64,000 nt of DNA from Candidatus Poribacteria bacterium (GCA_965262955.1 CBDHGE010000001.1:3875295-3939294), one strand, 5' to 3'. Positions 1 through 9,634 are shown, counted from the stretch's first letter. Notes: generated by a model not told the origin, from the sequence alone. Program-made: numbers and translations.

Positions 1-260
1 AGACAGATTTTACAGAAGAGGATAAGGTTGACATTGCAACCATTCGCCGAAAAGTGCACGAAAACGAGGAACTTCGGCAGGTGATTGAAGGAGATAATAC
101 CGACAGTAATAAATGGTATAAGTTTGAGCAGGTGTTTAATGACATTTTATTGAGTTTCGTCAACGACAAACTTGATCTCTATAATAAATTAACACAACGC
201 GAGGTCAATGCCGACCTCAAGCGTCAACTCTATCAAGCCTATCGCAACCAACCTCTTTAA
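1..260 (+). CDS. 3' end of a CDS entering from the left edge; possibly the C-terminal helical region of a type I restriction enzyme R subunit (HsdR-like)
   Basis: Frame 3 is open from base 3 to TAA 258-260 (TDFTEEDKVDIATIRRKVHENEELRQ...FNDILLSFVNDKLDLYNKLTQREVNADLKRQLYQAY). The ORF track shows only the tail 54..260. The family call rests on remembered resemblance to HsdR C-termini and is unverified. Confidence 0.3.
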   Translation, partial: TDFTEEDKVDIATIRRKVHENEELRQVIEGDNTDSNKWYKFEQVFNDILLSFVNDKLDLYNKLTQREVNADLKRQLYQAYRNQPL

Positions 261-285
261 AATCCGCAAACGACCAATCAAAATT

Positions 286-310
286 GTGGGAGGGGTTTCT
301 AACCCCGATC
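286..310 (+). repeat. Small REP-like hairpin GTGGGAGGGGTTTCTAACCCCGATC
   Basis: Stem GGGGTT/AACCCC with loop TCT. It is about 80% identical to 30993-31016. Confidence 0.7.
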
Positions 311-359
311 TTCCGACATCCTTTCCCCATCCCCATCCACCAAACACCCACTGCTCAAC

Positions 360-450
360 AATCCTGCAAATCCCTAAAATCCTGCAAATCCTGGTTCAGA
401 CGATACCCAATCCTGCAAATCCTCAAAATCCTGCAAATCCTGATTCAGAC
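360..450 (+). repeat. Two tandem 42-nt units (360-401, 409-450): AATCCTGCAAATCCnnAAAATCCTGCAAATCCTGrTTCAGAC
   Basis: Read directly from the sequence. ATCC recurs at exactly 9-nt spacing (361, 370, 379, 388 and 410, 419, 428, 437). Confidence 0.9.
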
Positions 451-470
451 AATTCCCCATCATCCACACC

Positions 471-655
471 CCTCTTAAAATCCGCGAAAATCCGTCAAAT
501 CCGCGTCATCCGTGATTTGCGGCGTACTCGCCTAAATGCAACGTGCATTCAGACAAAAAGCAAATCCGTGCATTCAGACAATTATAAAATCTACCAACCA
601 ACAACTTATAACTTATAACCAACAACCCTCTTAACTGACAACTGATAACTGATCC
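471..655 (+). repeat. Composite intergenic repeat, copy 1 (TAAAATCCGCG iterations + 42-nt double-hairpin module 514-555 + CCAACAACTTATAAC module)
   Basis: Shares module order and sequence with 2957-3066 and 4965-5202. Confidence 0.85.
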
Positions 656-666
656 AATTCTTTCCC

Positions 667-695
667 TTGACCACTTTACCGACATGCGTTATCAT
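667..695 (+). promoter_or_regulatory. Putative sigma70-type promoter for hflKC (TTGACC-17-TATCAT)
   Basis: -35 element at 667-672 and -10 element at 690-695, about 35 nt upstream of ATG 730. Confidence 0.45.
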
Positions 696-729
696 TGCAA
701 ACATTGATTACGATGTCCCTCATTAAAAC

Positions 730-1728
730 ATGCATAAAAAACAAAAAAGGAGAACTCCCGTGCAAGAATTCCGTGAATTGATTGCACAGCAACCCTACAC
801 CCGTCTCGTCACCCCTAAGCGAATTTTCTACGCCATTCTGGGGCTGATAATCTTAGCATGCTTAGCAACCAGTTTTTACATCGTTGAAGCAGACGAGATA
901 GCAGTTGTGCTGATGTTTGGCAAATCCGTCCGGCAAGCCGAACCCGGACTCCACTTCAAATTACCACTCGGCATTGAAAGAGCCATCAACGTTCCTGTCC
1001 GAAAGGTCTTCAAAGAAGAATTCGGTTTTCGGACACTGAGAGCAGGCGTGCGGACACAGTATGACACCCGCGACTACTCAGATGAATCCCTACTCCTGAC
1101 GGGCGACCTGAATATAGCCGATGTCGAATGGGTCGTTCAGTATAAAATCAAAGACCCAAAAAGTTTTCTGTTTTTCGTCCGGAATCCCCAACGCGCTTTA
1201 CGCGATCTCTCGGAATCCGTAATGAGCCGCATAATTGGAGATCGTACCGTCACAGAAGTATTGACCGTCGGGCGGATCGAAATCGCCGGAGAAGTTGAAG
1301 AACACCTGCAAAAACTTCTCGATCTCTATCAGACAGGCTTAGATGTCGCCACTGTAACCCTACAGGACGTAAATCCACCCGAAGAAGTAAAAGCCGCCTT
1401 CAACGCCGTTAACGAGGCGAAGCAGGAGAAGGAACGGTTAATCAACGAAGCGTGGCGCGATTACAACCAATCCGTACCGAAATCAACAGGGTTAGCAGCA
1501 CAACGGATTTCCGAGGCACAAGGCTACGCACTCAAACGCGTCAACGAGGCGCAAGGCGATGCCGATCGGTTCAAGGCGATTCGCTCAGAATATCAGAAAG
1601 CCAAAGAGGTTACACGCCGCCGACTCTACCTTGAAGCGATGCAAGAAATTTTGCCACAGGTCAAGGAGATTTACGTTATTGACGGGAACGCCAACGCACC
1701 CATCCCAATCCTGCAACTCAAGGAATAG
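730..1728 (+). CDS. hflK: SPFH/band-7 protease modulator HflK
   Basis: 332-aa ORF with an N-terminal TM helix (FYAILGLIILACLATSFYIV), an SPFH domain and an A/E/Q/R-rich C-terminal coil. It is immediately followed by hflC. AAGGAG lies 8 nt before the in-frame GTG at 760, so the true start may be 760. Confidence 0.9.
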   Translation: MHKKQKRRTPVQEFRELIAQQPYTRLVTPKRIFYAILGLIILACLATSFYIVEADEIAVVLMFGKSVRQAEPGLHFKLPLGIERAINVPVRKVFKEEFGFRTLRAGVRTQYDTRDYSDESLLLTGDLNIADVEWVVQYKIKDPKSFLFFVRNPQRALRDLSESVMSRIIGDRTVTEVLTVGRIEIAGEVEEHLQKLLDLYQTGLDVATVTLQDVNPPEEVKAAFNAVNEAKQEKERLINEAWRDYNQSVPKSTGLAAQRISEAQGYALKRVNEAQGDADRFKAIRSEYQKAKEVTRRRLYLEAMQEILPQVKEIYVIDGNANAPIPILQLKE

Positions 1729-1751
1729 CGGATTATAAAAGGAGTCCTCTG

Positions 1752-2714
1752 ATGATTTCAAAAAATGTTCTTATAACCGTGATTATCATTGTCATTTTAG
1801 CACTGCCAGTTGCTGCCGGGATGTTCTATATCGTTTATGAAGGTGAACAGGTAGTGATTACCGAATTCGGTCGACCCGTCGGACAACCCATCGTTACCGC
1901 CGGATTAAAAATAAAAACGCCTTTTATTCAGCAAGTCCATCGCTTTGAGAAACGTGTCCTTGAGTGGGATGGATCGCCAAACCAGATTCCGACGAAGGAC
2001 AAAAGATTCATCTGGCTGGATACCACAGCACGGTGGCGTATTAAAGATGCTCTCAAATTCTATCAAGCACTTGGGACAGAGCAGTTCGCACAATCCCGTT
2101 TGGATGACATCATTGATTCCGCAGCGCGAGATTTAGTAACAGCACAACTCTTGATTGAAGTCGTGCGAGATTCAAATCGCGTCTTAACCCTTGATATGGA
2201 AGTCCTTGAAGAAGAGAGTGGACAATCTGGTGAGCCGTTGGAAGAGATTCAGATTGGCAGGGAGCGCATTACACGCATGATCCTTGAGAAAGTCCAAGAG
2301 ACCGTTCCACAATACGGCATTGAACTCGTCGATGTTCAGGTGAAACGGATTAACTACGTAGACGAAGTCCGTAAAAAGGTCTTTGATCGCATGATATCAG
2401 AACGGCAACGGATCTCCGAGAAATACAAGTCCGAAGGCGAAGGCGAGGCAGCCGACATCATGGGTCAGAAACAAAAAGAGTTAGAGCGGATCCAATCTGA
2501 AGCCTATAAGGAAGCCGAACAAATTAAAGGCGACGCAGATGCACAAGCCATCCAAATCTACGCCGAAGCACACGGTCAAGACCCTGAGTTTTTCTCCTTT
2601 ATCCAAACCTTAGAAACTTACCGAAAAACAACAGGCGAGAGCACAAAACTCTTTTTAACAACAGATAGCGACCTTTATAGCTATCTCAAAAGCAGTAAAT
2701 TACTCGGACGCTAA
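1752..2714 (+). CDS. hflC: SPFH/band-7 protease modulator HflC
   Basis: 320-aa ORF with an AAGGAG RBS, an N-terminal TM helix and an SPFH domain (YIVYEGEQVVITEFGRP...). It is paired with hflK. Confidence 0.9.
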   Translation: MISKNVLITVIIIVILALPVAAGMFYIVYEGEQVVITEFGRPVGQPIVTAGLKIKTPFIQQVHRFEKRVLEWDGSPNQIPTKDKRFIWLDTTARWRIKDALKFYQALGTEQFAQSRLDDIIDSAARDLVTAQLLIEVVRDSNRVLTLDMEVLEEESGQSGEPLEEIQIGRERITRMILEKVQETVPQYGIELVDVQVKRINYVDEVRKKVFDRMISERQRISEKYKSEGEGEAADIMGQKQKELERIQSEAYKEAEQIKGDADAQAIQIYAEAHGQDPEFFSFIQTLETYRKTTGESTKLFLTTDSDLYSYLKSSKLLGR

Positions 2715-2739
2715 TAAAGTCCCCCTGATAAGGGGCGGG

Positions 2740-2757
2740 GAAGCCCATACGGGCTTC
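2740..2757 (+). terminator. Hairpin after hflC (GAAGCCC-ATAC-GGGCTTC)
   Basis: 7-bp GC-rich stem 26 nt after the stop codon. The T-tract is weak. Confidence 0.4.
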
Positions 2758-2781
2758 ATACCGTTGATTCTGATTTTGATT

Positions 2782-2921
2782 AGGGTCATTTAGTTTTAAG
2801 AAACAGATTAACCTATGTGAAGGATTTCTGTAATGGACGCCCGAACTTGTTCGGGATAGCACACTTGTCCCGAAGAAGTTCGGGCGTCCGGATGTAAATT
2901 ATTGGAAAACTAAATGCCCCT
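2782..2921. mobile_element. MITE-like nested palindromic element (16-nt terminal inverted repeats enclosing the REP pair)
   Basis: AGGGTCATTTAGTTTT (2782-2797) pairs with the reverse complement of AAAACTAAATGCCCCT (2906-2921) at 15/16 positions. A 10-nt direct repeat GATTCTGATT lies nearby on both sides (2766-2775, 2923-2932) but does not abut symmetrically. Confidence 0.35.
2835..2889. repeat. REP-like inverted pair: GGACGCCCGAACTTGTTCGGGA (2835-2856) and its reverse complement (2868-2889, 21/22 match)
   Basis: Each arm also contains the internal palindrome CCCGAAC-TT-GTTCGGG. The loop between arms is 11 nt. Confidence 0.9.
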
Positions 2922-2956
2922 GGATTCTGATTCTTAGCGGGTTGTATTTTTTCTCT

Positions 2957-3066
2957 CGCGTCATCCGCCAAATCTGTGATTTGCGGCGTACTCGTCTAAA
3001 TGCGAAGTGCATTCGGACAATTATAAAATCCACCAACTTATAACTTATAACTTATAACTTATAACC
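2957..3066 (+). repeat. Composite intergenic repeat, copy 2 (truncated 5' part, 42-nt module 2978-3019, four ACTTATAA iterations)
   Basis: GATTTGCGGCGTACTCGTCTAAATGCGAAGTGCATTCGGACA differs from copy 1 at a few positions. It ends 3 nt before the TTG start at 3070. Confidence 0.85.
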
Positions 3067-3069
3067 CAA

Positions 3070-4962
3070 TTGCGTCAACGTCAACTCTCACCCCTTAGTC
3101 TAAAAGCCGTATGCATCGGACTCGTGCTGATTCCAGCCAATGCCATGTGGCAAATGATGGGACTACGCTGGGACATCGCACACATGTCGATGATCTCCCT
3201 GCTCTATAACACCATCACACTCCTGTTCGCGCTGACGCTCCTAAACCGATTCACGAAAAAGTACACACCGCAACTCTCGCTCTCCTCTGCTGAACTCCTA
3301 ACAATATATGTAATGCTCTGCCTTTCGACCGCGATTGGTGGGCACATGTGCGTGCAGATTCTCCTACCAATTATCAGTTACGCCTTCGCCTATGCAACCC
3401 CAGAGAACGATTGGCAATCCCTGTTTTGGCACTACATTCCATCGTGGACATCCGTTACCGATAAACGCGGTCTCGCAAACTTCTTTGATGGCGGTTCCAC
3501 GTTCTATCCACATTTGGGGGCATGGGGAACACCCTTATTATGGTGGGGACTCTTTCTGGCTGCGTTGTTCTCGGTGATGCTGAGTATCAACTTTATTTTC
3601 CGAAGGCAGTGGACCGAAAATGAGAAGTTAAGCTATCCGTTAATCCAATTGCCACTTGCGATGGCGAATCCAAGAAGCGGGTTTTTCCGCAGCAAAGCGA
3701 TGTGGATCGGGTTCGGTGTCGCCGCGGCAATTGATCTCCTCAACGGACTCAACTACCTATTTCCACATATACCGCGTCTCAGCGGTATCCGAGCGTATGA
3801 CCTCGCCGATTTCTTTACTGTCCGTCCGTGGAATGCGATTACGTGGTTTCCTGTCGGCATTTATCCATTTGCCGTAGGATTAGCATTTTTCATGCCCTTG
3901 GAGTTATCGTTCTCCTGTTGGTTCTTTTACTTGTATTGGCAGGTACTCCGCGTGTTAGGCAGCACAGTCGGTTTGACGTCCCCCTTCCCGTATGCGGCGG
4001 AGCAATCTTTCGGAGCATATATCGGTATCGGTGTGATTGCGGTGTGGAGTGGACGGCGATACCTGATGCAAGTCTTCCGTAGGCTCTTCGGCATGAGAGA
4101 TGCTCCGACAGATCGGGACGAACCAATCTCTTATCGCGCAGCAGTGATCTGGCTGGTGTTGAGTGCTGCGTTCCTAATTGGGTTCTGCTACAAGATGGGA
4201 ATGTCGTTGTGGGTGATTGCCACTTTCTTTGCGCTTTTCTTCGGATTGGCGACAGGGATTTCACGGATGCGCGCAGAACTCGGATCACCGGTTCACGATC
4301 AGCATTATGCCGGTCCAGACAGGATGATGTATTCGGTATTCGGAGCAAAACGTCTCGGCGCAAGCAATTTGACAGGGTTAGCGTATCTCTACTTTTTCAA
4401 TCGCGCCTACGATTGCCTGTTGATGCCCCACCATCTTGAAGGCTTAAAAATAGCAGAGCGCGCCAATATCGAAAACAAAACGTTTGCGAGGGCGGTGATT
4501 ATCGCCATCGGTGTCAGTATCGTCGCGACAATCTGGGCATATCTACACGTCTCGTATCAGGACGGCGTCTATACCGCATGGGCGGGCAGAGAGACTTTTA
4601 GTCGGCTTGGCAGAAGGCTCGTTCAACCCGCCGGTCCCGATACCGCAGTACTGAGCGCAGTCAGCATCGGAACAGTTGTCGCAATTCTCTTAGCATTTCT
4701 ACGGGGAAGGTGGATGTGGATGCCGTTCCATCCAGCGGGTTATGCCGTTACCAGCACCTTCACAATGAATTTCTTCTGGTTTTCACTGCTTGTCAGTTTC
4801 ATTCTGAAATGGATTATAACAAAACACGGTGGTATCGGCGGTTTCCGGAGAGCAGCCCCCTTCTTCCTCGGTCTCGTGTTAGGTGAGTTCGTCGTAACAA
4901 CCTTCTGGGGCACAGTAGCAATTCTATTCCGCGTCGAAACCTACATTACAATTAATCTGTAG
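3070..4962 (+). CDS. Large polytopic membrane protein of unknown function (paralog of 27343..29262)
   Basis: 630-aa ORF that is hydrophobic throughout, with many predicted TM helices. Shared motifs with the paralog: RRQW.E.E.LSYP.I.LP, R.RAELG.P.HD, FNRAY....MPH.LEGLK.AER, YRR.APFFLGL.LGEF.V. The TTG start at 3070 is uncertain. Confidence 0.75.
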   Translation: MRQRQLSPLSLKAVCIGLVLIPANAMWQMMGLRWDIAHMSMISLLYNTITLLFALTLLNRFTKKYTPQLSLSSAELLTIYVMLCLSTAIGGHMCVQILLPIISYAFAYATPENDWQSLFWHYIPSWTSVTDKRGLANFFDGGSTFYPHLGAWGTPLLWWGLFLAALFSVMLSINFIFRRQWTENEKLSYPLIQLPLAMANPRSGFFRSKAMWIGFGVAAAIDLLNGLNYLFPHIPRLSGIRAYDLADFFTVRPWNAITWFPVGIYPFAVGLAFFMPLELSFSCWFFYLYWQVLRVLGSTVGLTSPFPYAAEQSFGAYIGIGVIAVWSGRRYLMQVFRRLFGMRDAPTDRDEPISYRAAVIWLVLSAAFLIGFCYKMGMSLWVIATFFALFFGLATGISRMRAELGSPVHDQHYAGPDRMMYSVFGAKRLGASNLTGLAYLYFFNRAYDCLLMPHHLEGLKIAERANIENKTFARAVIIAIGVSIVATIWAYLHVSYQDGVYTAWAGRETFSRLGRRLVQPAGPDTAVLSAVSIGTVVAILLAFLRGRWMWMPFHPAGYAVTSTFTMNFFWFSLLVSFILKWIITKHGGIGGFRRAAPFFLGLVLGEFVVTTFWGTVAILFRVETYITINL

Positions 4963-4964
4963 AG

Positions 4965-5202
4965 CCTTAAAATCCGCACCATTCGCACCATCGGCGAAAA
5001 TCTGCGATTTGTGGCGTACTCGCCTAAATGCGAAGTGCATTCAGACAATCCTGCAAATCCTGGTTTAGACAACCAACAACTTATAACTTATAACCAACAA
5101 CCCTCTTAACTGACAACCAACAACTTATAACTTATAACCAACAACTCTCTTAACTAACAACCAACAACTTATAACTTATAACCAACAACCCTCTTAACTA
5201 AC
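4965..5202 (+). repeat. Composite intergenic repeat, copy 3 (42-nt module 5006-5047, AATCCTGCAAATCCTGGTTTAGAC, then three 44-nt repeats)
   Basis: It starts 3 nt after the stop of the membrane protein gene and runs to the stop codon of the convergent oxidoreductase gene. Confidence 0.9.
5071..5202 (+). repeat. Perfectly phased tandem repeat, 3 x 44 nt (5071-5114, 5115-5158, 5159-5202): AACCAACAACTTATAACTTATAACCAACAACCCTCTTAACTAAC
   Basis: Copies differ at 1-2 positions. A partial fourth copy (AACCA) continues into the stop codon at 5209. Confidence 0.95.
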
Positions 5203-5208
5203 AACCAT

Positions 5209-6288
5209 TCAATCCACTTCCCACTCCTCCAAACCAACCGGCAGCGGATCAGGGCGTTCCGTCGTACTCTCTATCTCAATATGTTTACCAGTTTCCGAGG
5301 ATTTATCGAAAGCACACATCACTTCAAGCACATGATACGCCAAATCTCCATTCGCACGATGCGTCCGTCCCGATTGGATCGCCGATGCCATATCAATAGC
5401 ACCAATCATCCGAGCGTTGTTCGGAAAAGCGAGTGCCTCCTCTTCCCAATTACCACCAGCGGGACAGACAGCCACAGGACCCCCAAACCCGTTCGGATCC
5501 GGTACCGTCAGCGACCCCGTTTCGCCATAAATTTCAATGCACGGAAGACTGTGCCGCCACATATCGAAGCTCATAATCATCGTAATGAGTGCGCCGTTCT
5601 CGAATTCAAGCGTGCCAGTAAGGTGTGTCGTGACTTCGACGGGGATACGTAAGCCGTTTAGTGCTTCACTCGTTGCGATACGTTCTTCAAACGCCTTAGT
5701 GGTAATCGCTGCGACCCGTTTAATAGGACCGAGGATATTGACAAGTGCGGTTACATAGTAAGGTCCCATGTCCAGCATCGGACCGCCACCGATGTCGTAA
5801 TAGAAGGCAGGATTTGGGTGCCAACTTTCCGGTCCATGTCCACACATGAATGCAGTGCCTGCGATCGGTCTACCGATTTTTCCAGCGTCCAGTGCTTGCC
5901 GCGAGGTCTGAATTCCTGCCCCAAGAAAGGTGTCAGGTGCACAACCGACCTGAAGTCCTTTTTCAGCAGCAGTCTCAATAAGTTTCCGTCCACTTTCAGT
6001 GTCCACACCGAGCGGTTTCTCACTATAGACGTGTTTCCCCGCATCCAAGACCTGAAGCCCAACGTCCACATGCGCTCTCGGAATAGTAAGATTCACCACG
6101 AGTTCAATCTCATCATCTGCGAGCAAGTGATTAATGGTATTTACCTGACAGTTATATTTTTCCGCTTGCGCCTCTGCCGCTTCCATTCGGATATCAGCAC
6201 ACGCTTTGATTTCCAAGATGTCAGTTTTTCGCGCCCCTTCAAAATAGACGCTGCTAATAGTTCCACAGCCAATAATCCCAATTTTCAT
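5209..6288 (-). CDS. Gfo/Idh/MocA family NAD(P)-dependent oxidoreductase (tandem copy 1)
   Basis: 359-aa ORF with an N-terminal Rossmann motif MKIGIIGCGTIS and an EKP motif (VYSEKPL). By eye it is roughly 85% identical to the neighbouring copy. Confidence 0.9.
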   Translation of the reverse strand: MKIGIIGCGTISSVYFEGARKTDILEIKACADIRMEAAEAQAEKYNCQVNTINHLLADDEIELVVNLTIPRAHVDVGLQVLDAGKHVYSEKPLGVDTESGRKLIETAAEKGLQVGCAPDTFLGAGIQTSRQALDAGKIGRPIAGTAFMCGHGPESWHPNPAFYYDIGGGPMLDMGPYYVTALVNILGPIKRVAAITTKAFEERIATSEALNGLRIPVEVTTHLTGTLEFENGALITMIMSFDMWRHSLPCIEIYGETGSLTVPDPNGFGGPVAVCPAGGNWEEEALAFPNNARMIGAIDMASAIQSGRTHRANGDLAYHVLEVMCAFDKSSETGKHIEIESTTERPDPLPVGLEEWEVD

Positions 6289-6300
6289 ATTTTAAATATA

Positions 6301-6394
6301 CCTTTAAAATCCGCGGAAATCCGCAAAATCCTGCAAATCCTGGTTCAGACAACCAACAACTTATAACTTATAACCAACAACCCTCTTAACTAAC
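6301..6394 (+). repeat. Composite intergenic repeat, copy 4 (one TAAAATCCGCG...TTCAGACA unit + one 44-nt module)
   Basis: It fills the entire gap between the two tandem oxidoreductase genes. Confidence 0.9.
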
Positions 6395-6400
6395 AACCAC

Positions 6401-7480
6401 TCAATCCACCTCCCACTCCTTCAAACCAACCGGTAGCGGATCAGGACGTTCCGTTGTGCTCTCTATCTCAATATGTTCACCCGTTTCAGAGGATTTATCG
6501 AAAGCGCACATCACCTCAAGCACATGATATGCCAACGCGCCATTTGCACGGTGCATGCGTCCCGATTGGATCGCCGAGACCATATCAATGACCCCGATCA
6601 TTCGTGCGTTGTTTGGGAAAGGAATTTCCTCTTCTTCCCAATCACTACCAGGAGGACAGACAGTCACGGGTCCGCCAAATCCATTTGGATCGGGAACCGT
6701 CATTGATCCTGTTTCGCCATAAATTTCAATACACGGGAGACTGTGCCGCCACATATCGAAGCTCATAATCATCGTAATGAGTGCACCGTTCTGAAATTCG
6801 ATTGTACCGGTGAGGTGGGTCGTGATTTTAACGGGGATACGCAAGCCTCGCACGGCTTGACTCGTCGCGACGCGTTCTTCAAATGCCTTCGTAGTAATCG
6901 CTGCAACGCGTTTGACGGGACCGAGGATATTGACGAGAGCAGTCACGTAGTAGGGTCCCATATCCAGCATCGGTCCACCGCCGATGTCATAGTAGAAGGC
7001 GGGATTCGGATGCCAACTTTCGTGACCATGACCACACATAAAGGCTGTCCCAGCAATCGGCCTACCGATTTTTCCAGCGTCCAATGTTTGCCGAGAGGTT
7101 TGGATTCCCGCACCGAGGAAGGTGTCGGGTGCCGATCCGACGCGGAGACCTTTTTCCGATGCACTTTCAATAAGCTGCTTTCCGCTTTCGACATCCACAC
7201 CGAGTGGCTTCTCGCTATAGACGTGTTTACCCGCTTCTAATACTTGCAAACCAACTTCGACGTGTGCTCTCGGAATCGTTAAGTTGACAACCAGTTCGAT
7301 CTCTGGATCAGCAAGCAATTCATCGACGCTACATGCGTGGGAGTTGTATCTTTCAGCTTGTGCCTGCGCCGCTTCCAGCCGAAGGTCAGCACAGGCTTTG
7401 ATTTCTAAAATTTCAGTCTTTCGTGCCCCCTCAAAATAGGCACTACTAATCGTGCCACAACCAATGATCCCAATTTTCAT
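6401..7480 (-). CDS. Gfo/Idh/MocA family NAD(P)-dependent oxidoreductase (tandem copy 2)
   Basis: 359-aa ORF, colinear with 5209..6288 without indels. It has the same MKIGIIGCGTIS and YSEKPL motifs. Confidence 0.9.
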   Translation of the reverse strand: MKIGIIGCGTISSAYFEGARKTEILEIKACADLRLEAAQAQAERYNSHACSVDELLADPEIELVVNLTIPRAHVEVGLQVLEAGKHVYSEKPLGVDVESGKQLIESASEKGLRVGSAPDTFLGAGIQTSRQTLDAGKIGRPIAGTAFMCGHGHESWHPNPAFYYDIGGGPMLDMGPYYVTALVNILGPVKRVAAITTKAFEERVATSQAVRGLRIPVKITTHLTGTIEFQNGALITMIMSFDMWRHSLPCIEIYGETGSMTVPDPNGFGGPVTVCPPGSDWEEEEIPFPNNARMIGVIDMVSAIQSGRMHRANGALAYHVLEVMCAFDKSSETGEHIEIESTTERPDPLPVGLKEWEVD

Positions 7481-7492
7481 ATTTTAAACATA

Positions 7493-7660
7493 CCTATAAA
7501 ATCCGCGTCCTCTGCTAAATCCGCGAAAATCAGCGATTCAGACAACTTATAACCCTATAAAATCCGCGTCATCCGCAAAATCCGCGAAAATCCGTGATTC
7601 AGACAATTATAAATTCCAACAACCAACAACTTATAACTTATAACCCTATAAAATCAGACA
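7493..7660 (+). repeat. Composite intergenic repeat, copy 5 (two about 51-nt units at 7493-7544 and 7555-7605, a partial 44-nt module at 7621-7645, and a collapsed unit CTATAAAATCAGACA at 7646-7660)
   Basis: Read directly from the sequence. It fills the gap between the oxidoreductase start and the thiC stop. Confidence 0.9.
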
Positions 7661-7678
7661 ACATCCTATCTCACCCTA

Positions 7679-9634
<1,956 letters not shown>

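Noticed and set aside
333-470. DnaA-box-like sequences (TCATCCACA at 461-469, CCATCCACC at 333-341) suggesting an origin of replication
   Set aside because: There is only one 8/9 match, and the rest fall out of the ATCC-rich repeats. No dnaA or dnaN gene is nearby, and no AT-rich unwinding element is adjacent.
208-618. ORFs 208..618 (136 aa) and 284..478 (64 aa) in the ORF track
   Set aside because: They run entirely through the ATCC/AATCCTGC repeat arrays. Their translations are low-complexity repeat artefacts (PNPANPQNPANP...), and they have no RBS.
2916-2940. tmRNA-like 5' sequence (GCCCCTGGATTCTGATTC)
   Set aside because: There is only a short chance resemblance to the tmRNA 5' end. No tRNA-like acceptor/T-arm or tag reading frame follows, and the sequence is part of the MITE-like element's inverted repeat.
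259-5202. Possible CRISPR arrays, because of the regularly spaced short repeats
   Set aside because: The periods are 9-10, 8, 44 and 49 nt with no unique spacers between repeats. No cas genes are in the window, so these are tandem or modular repeats, not CRISPR.
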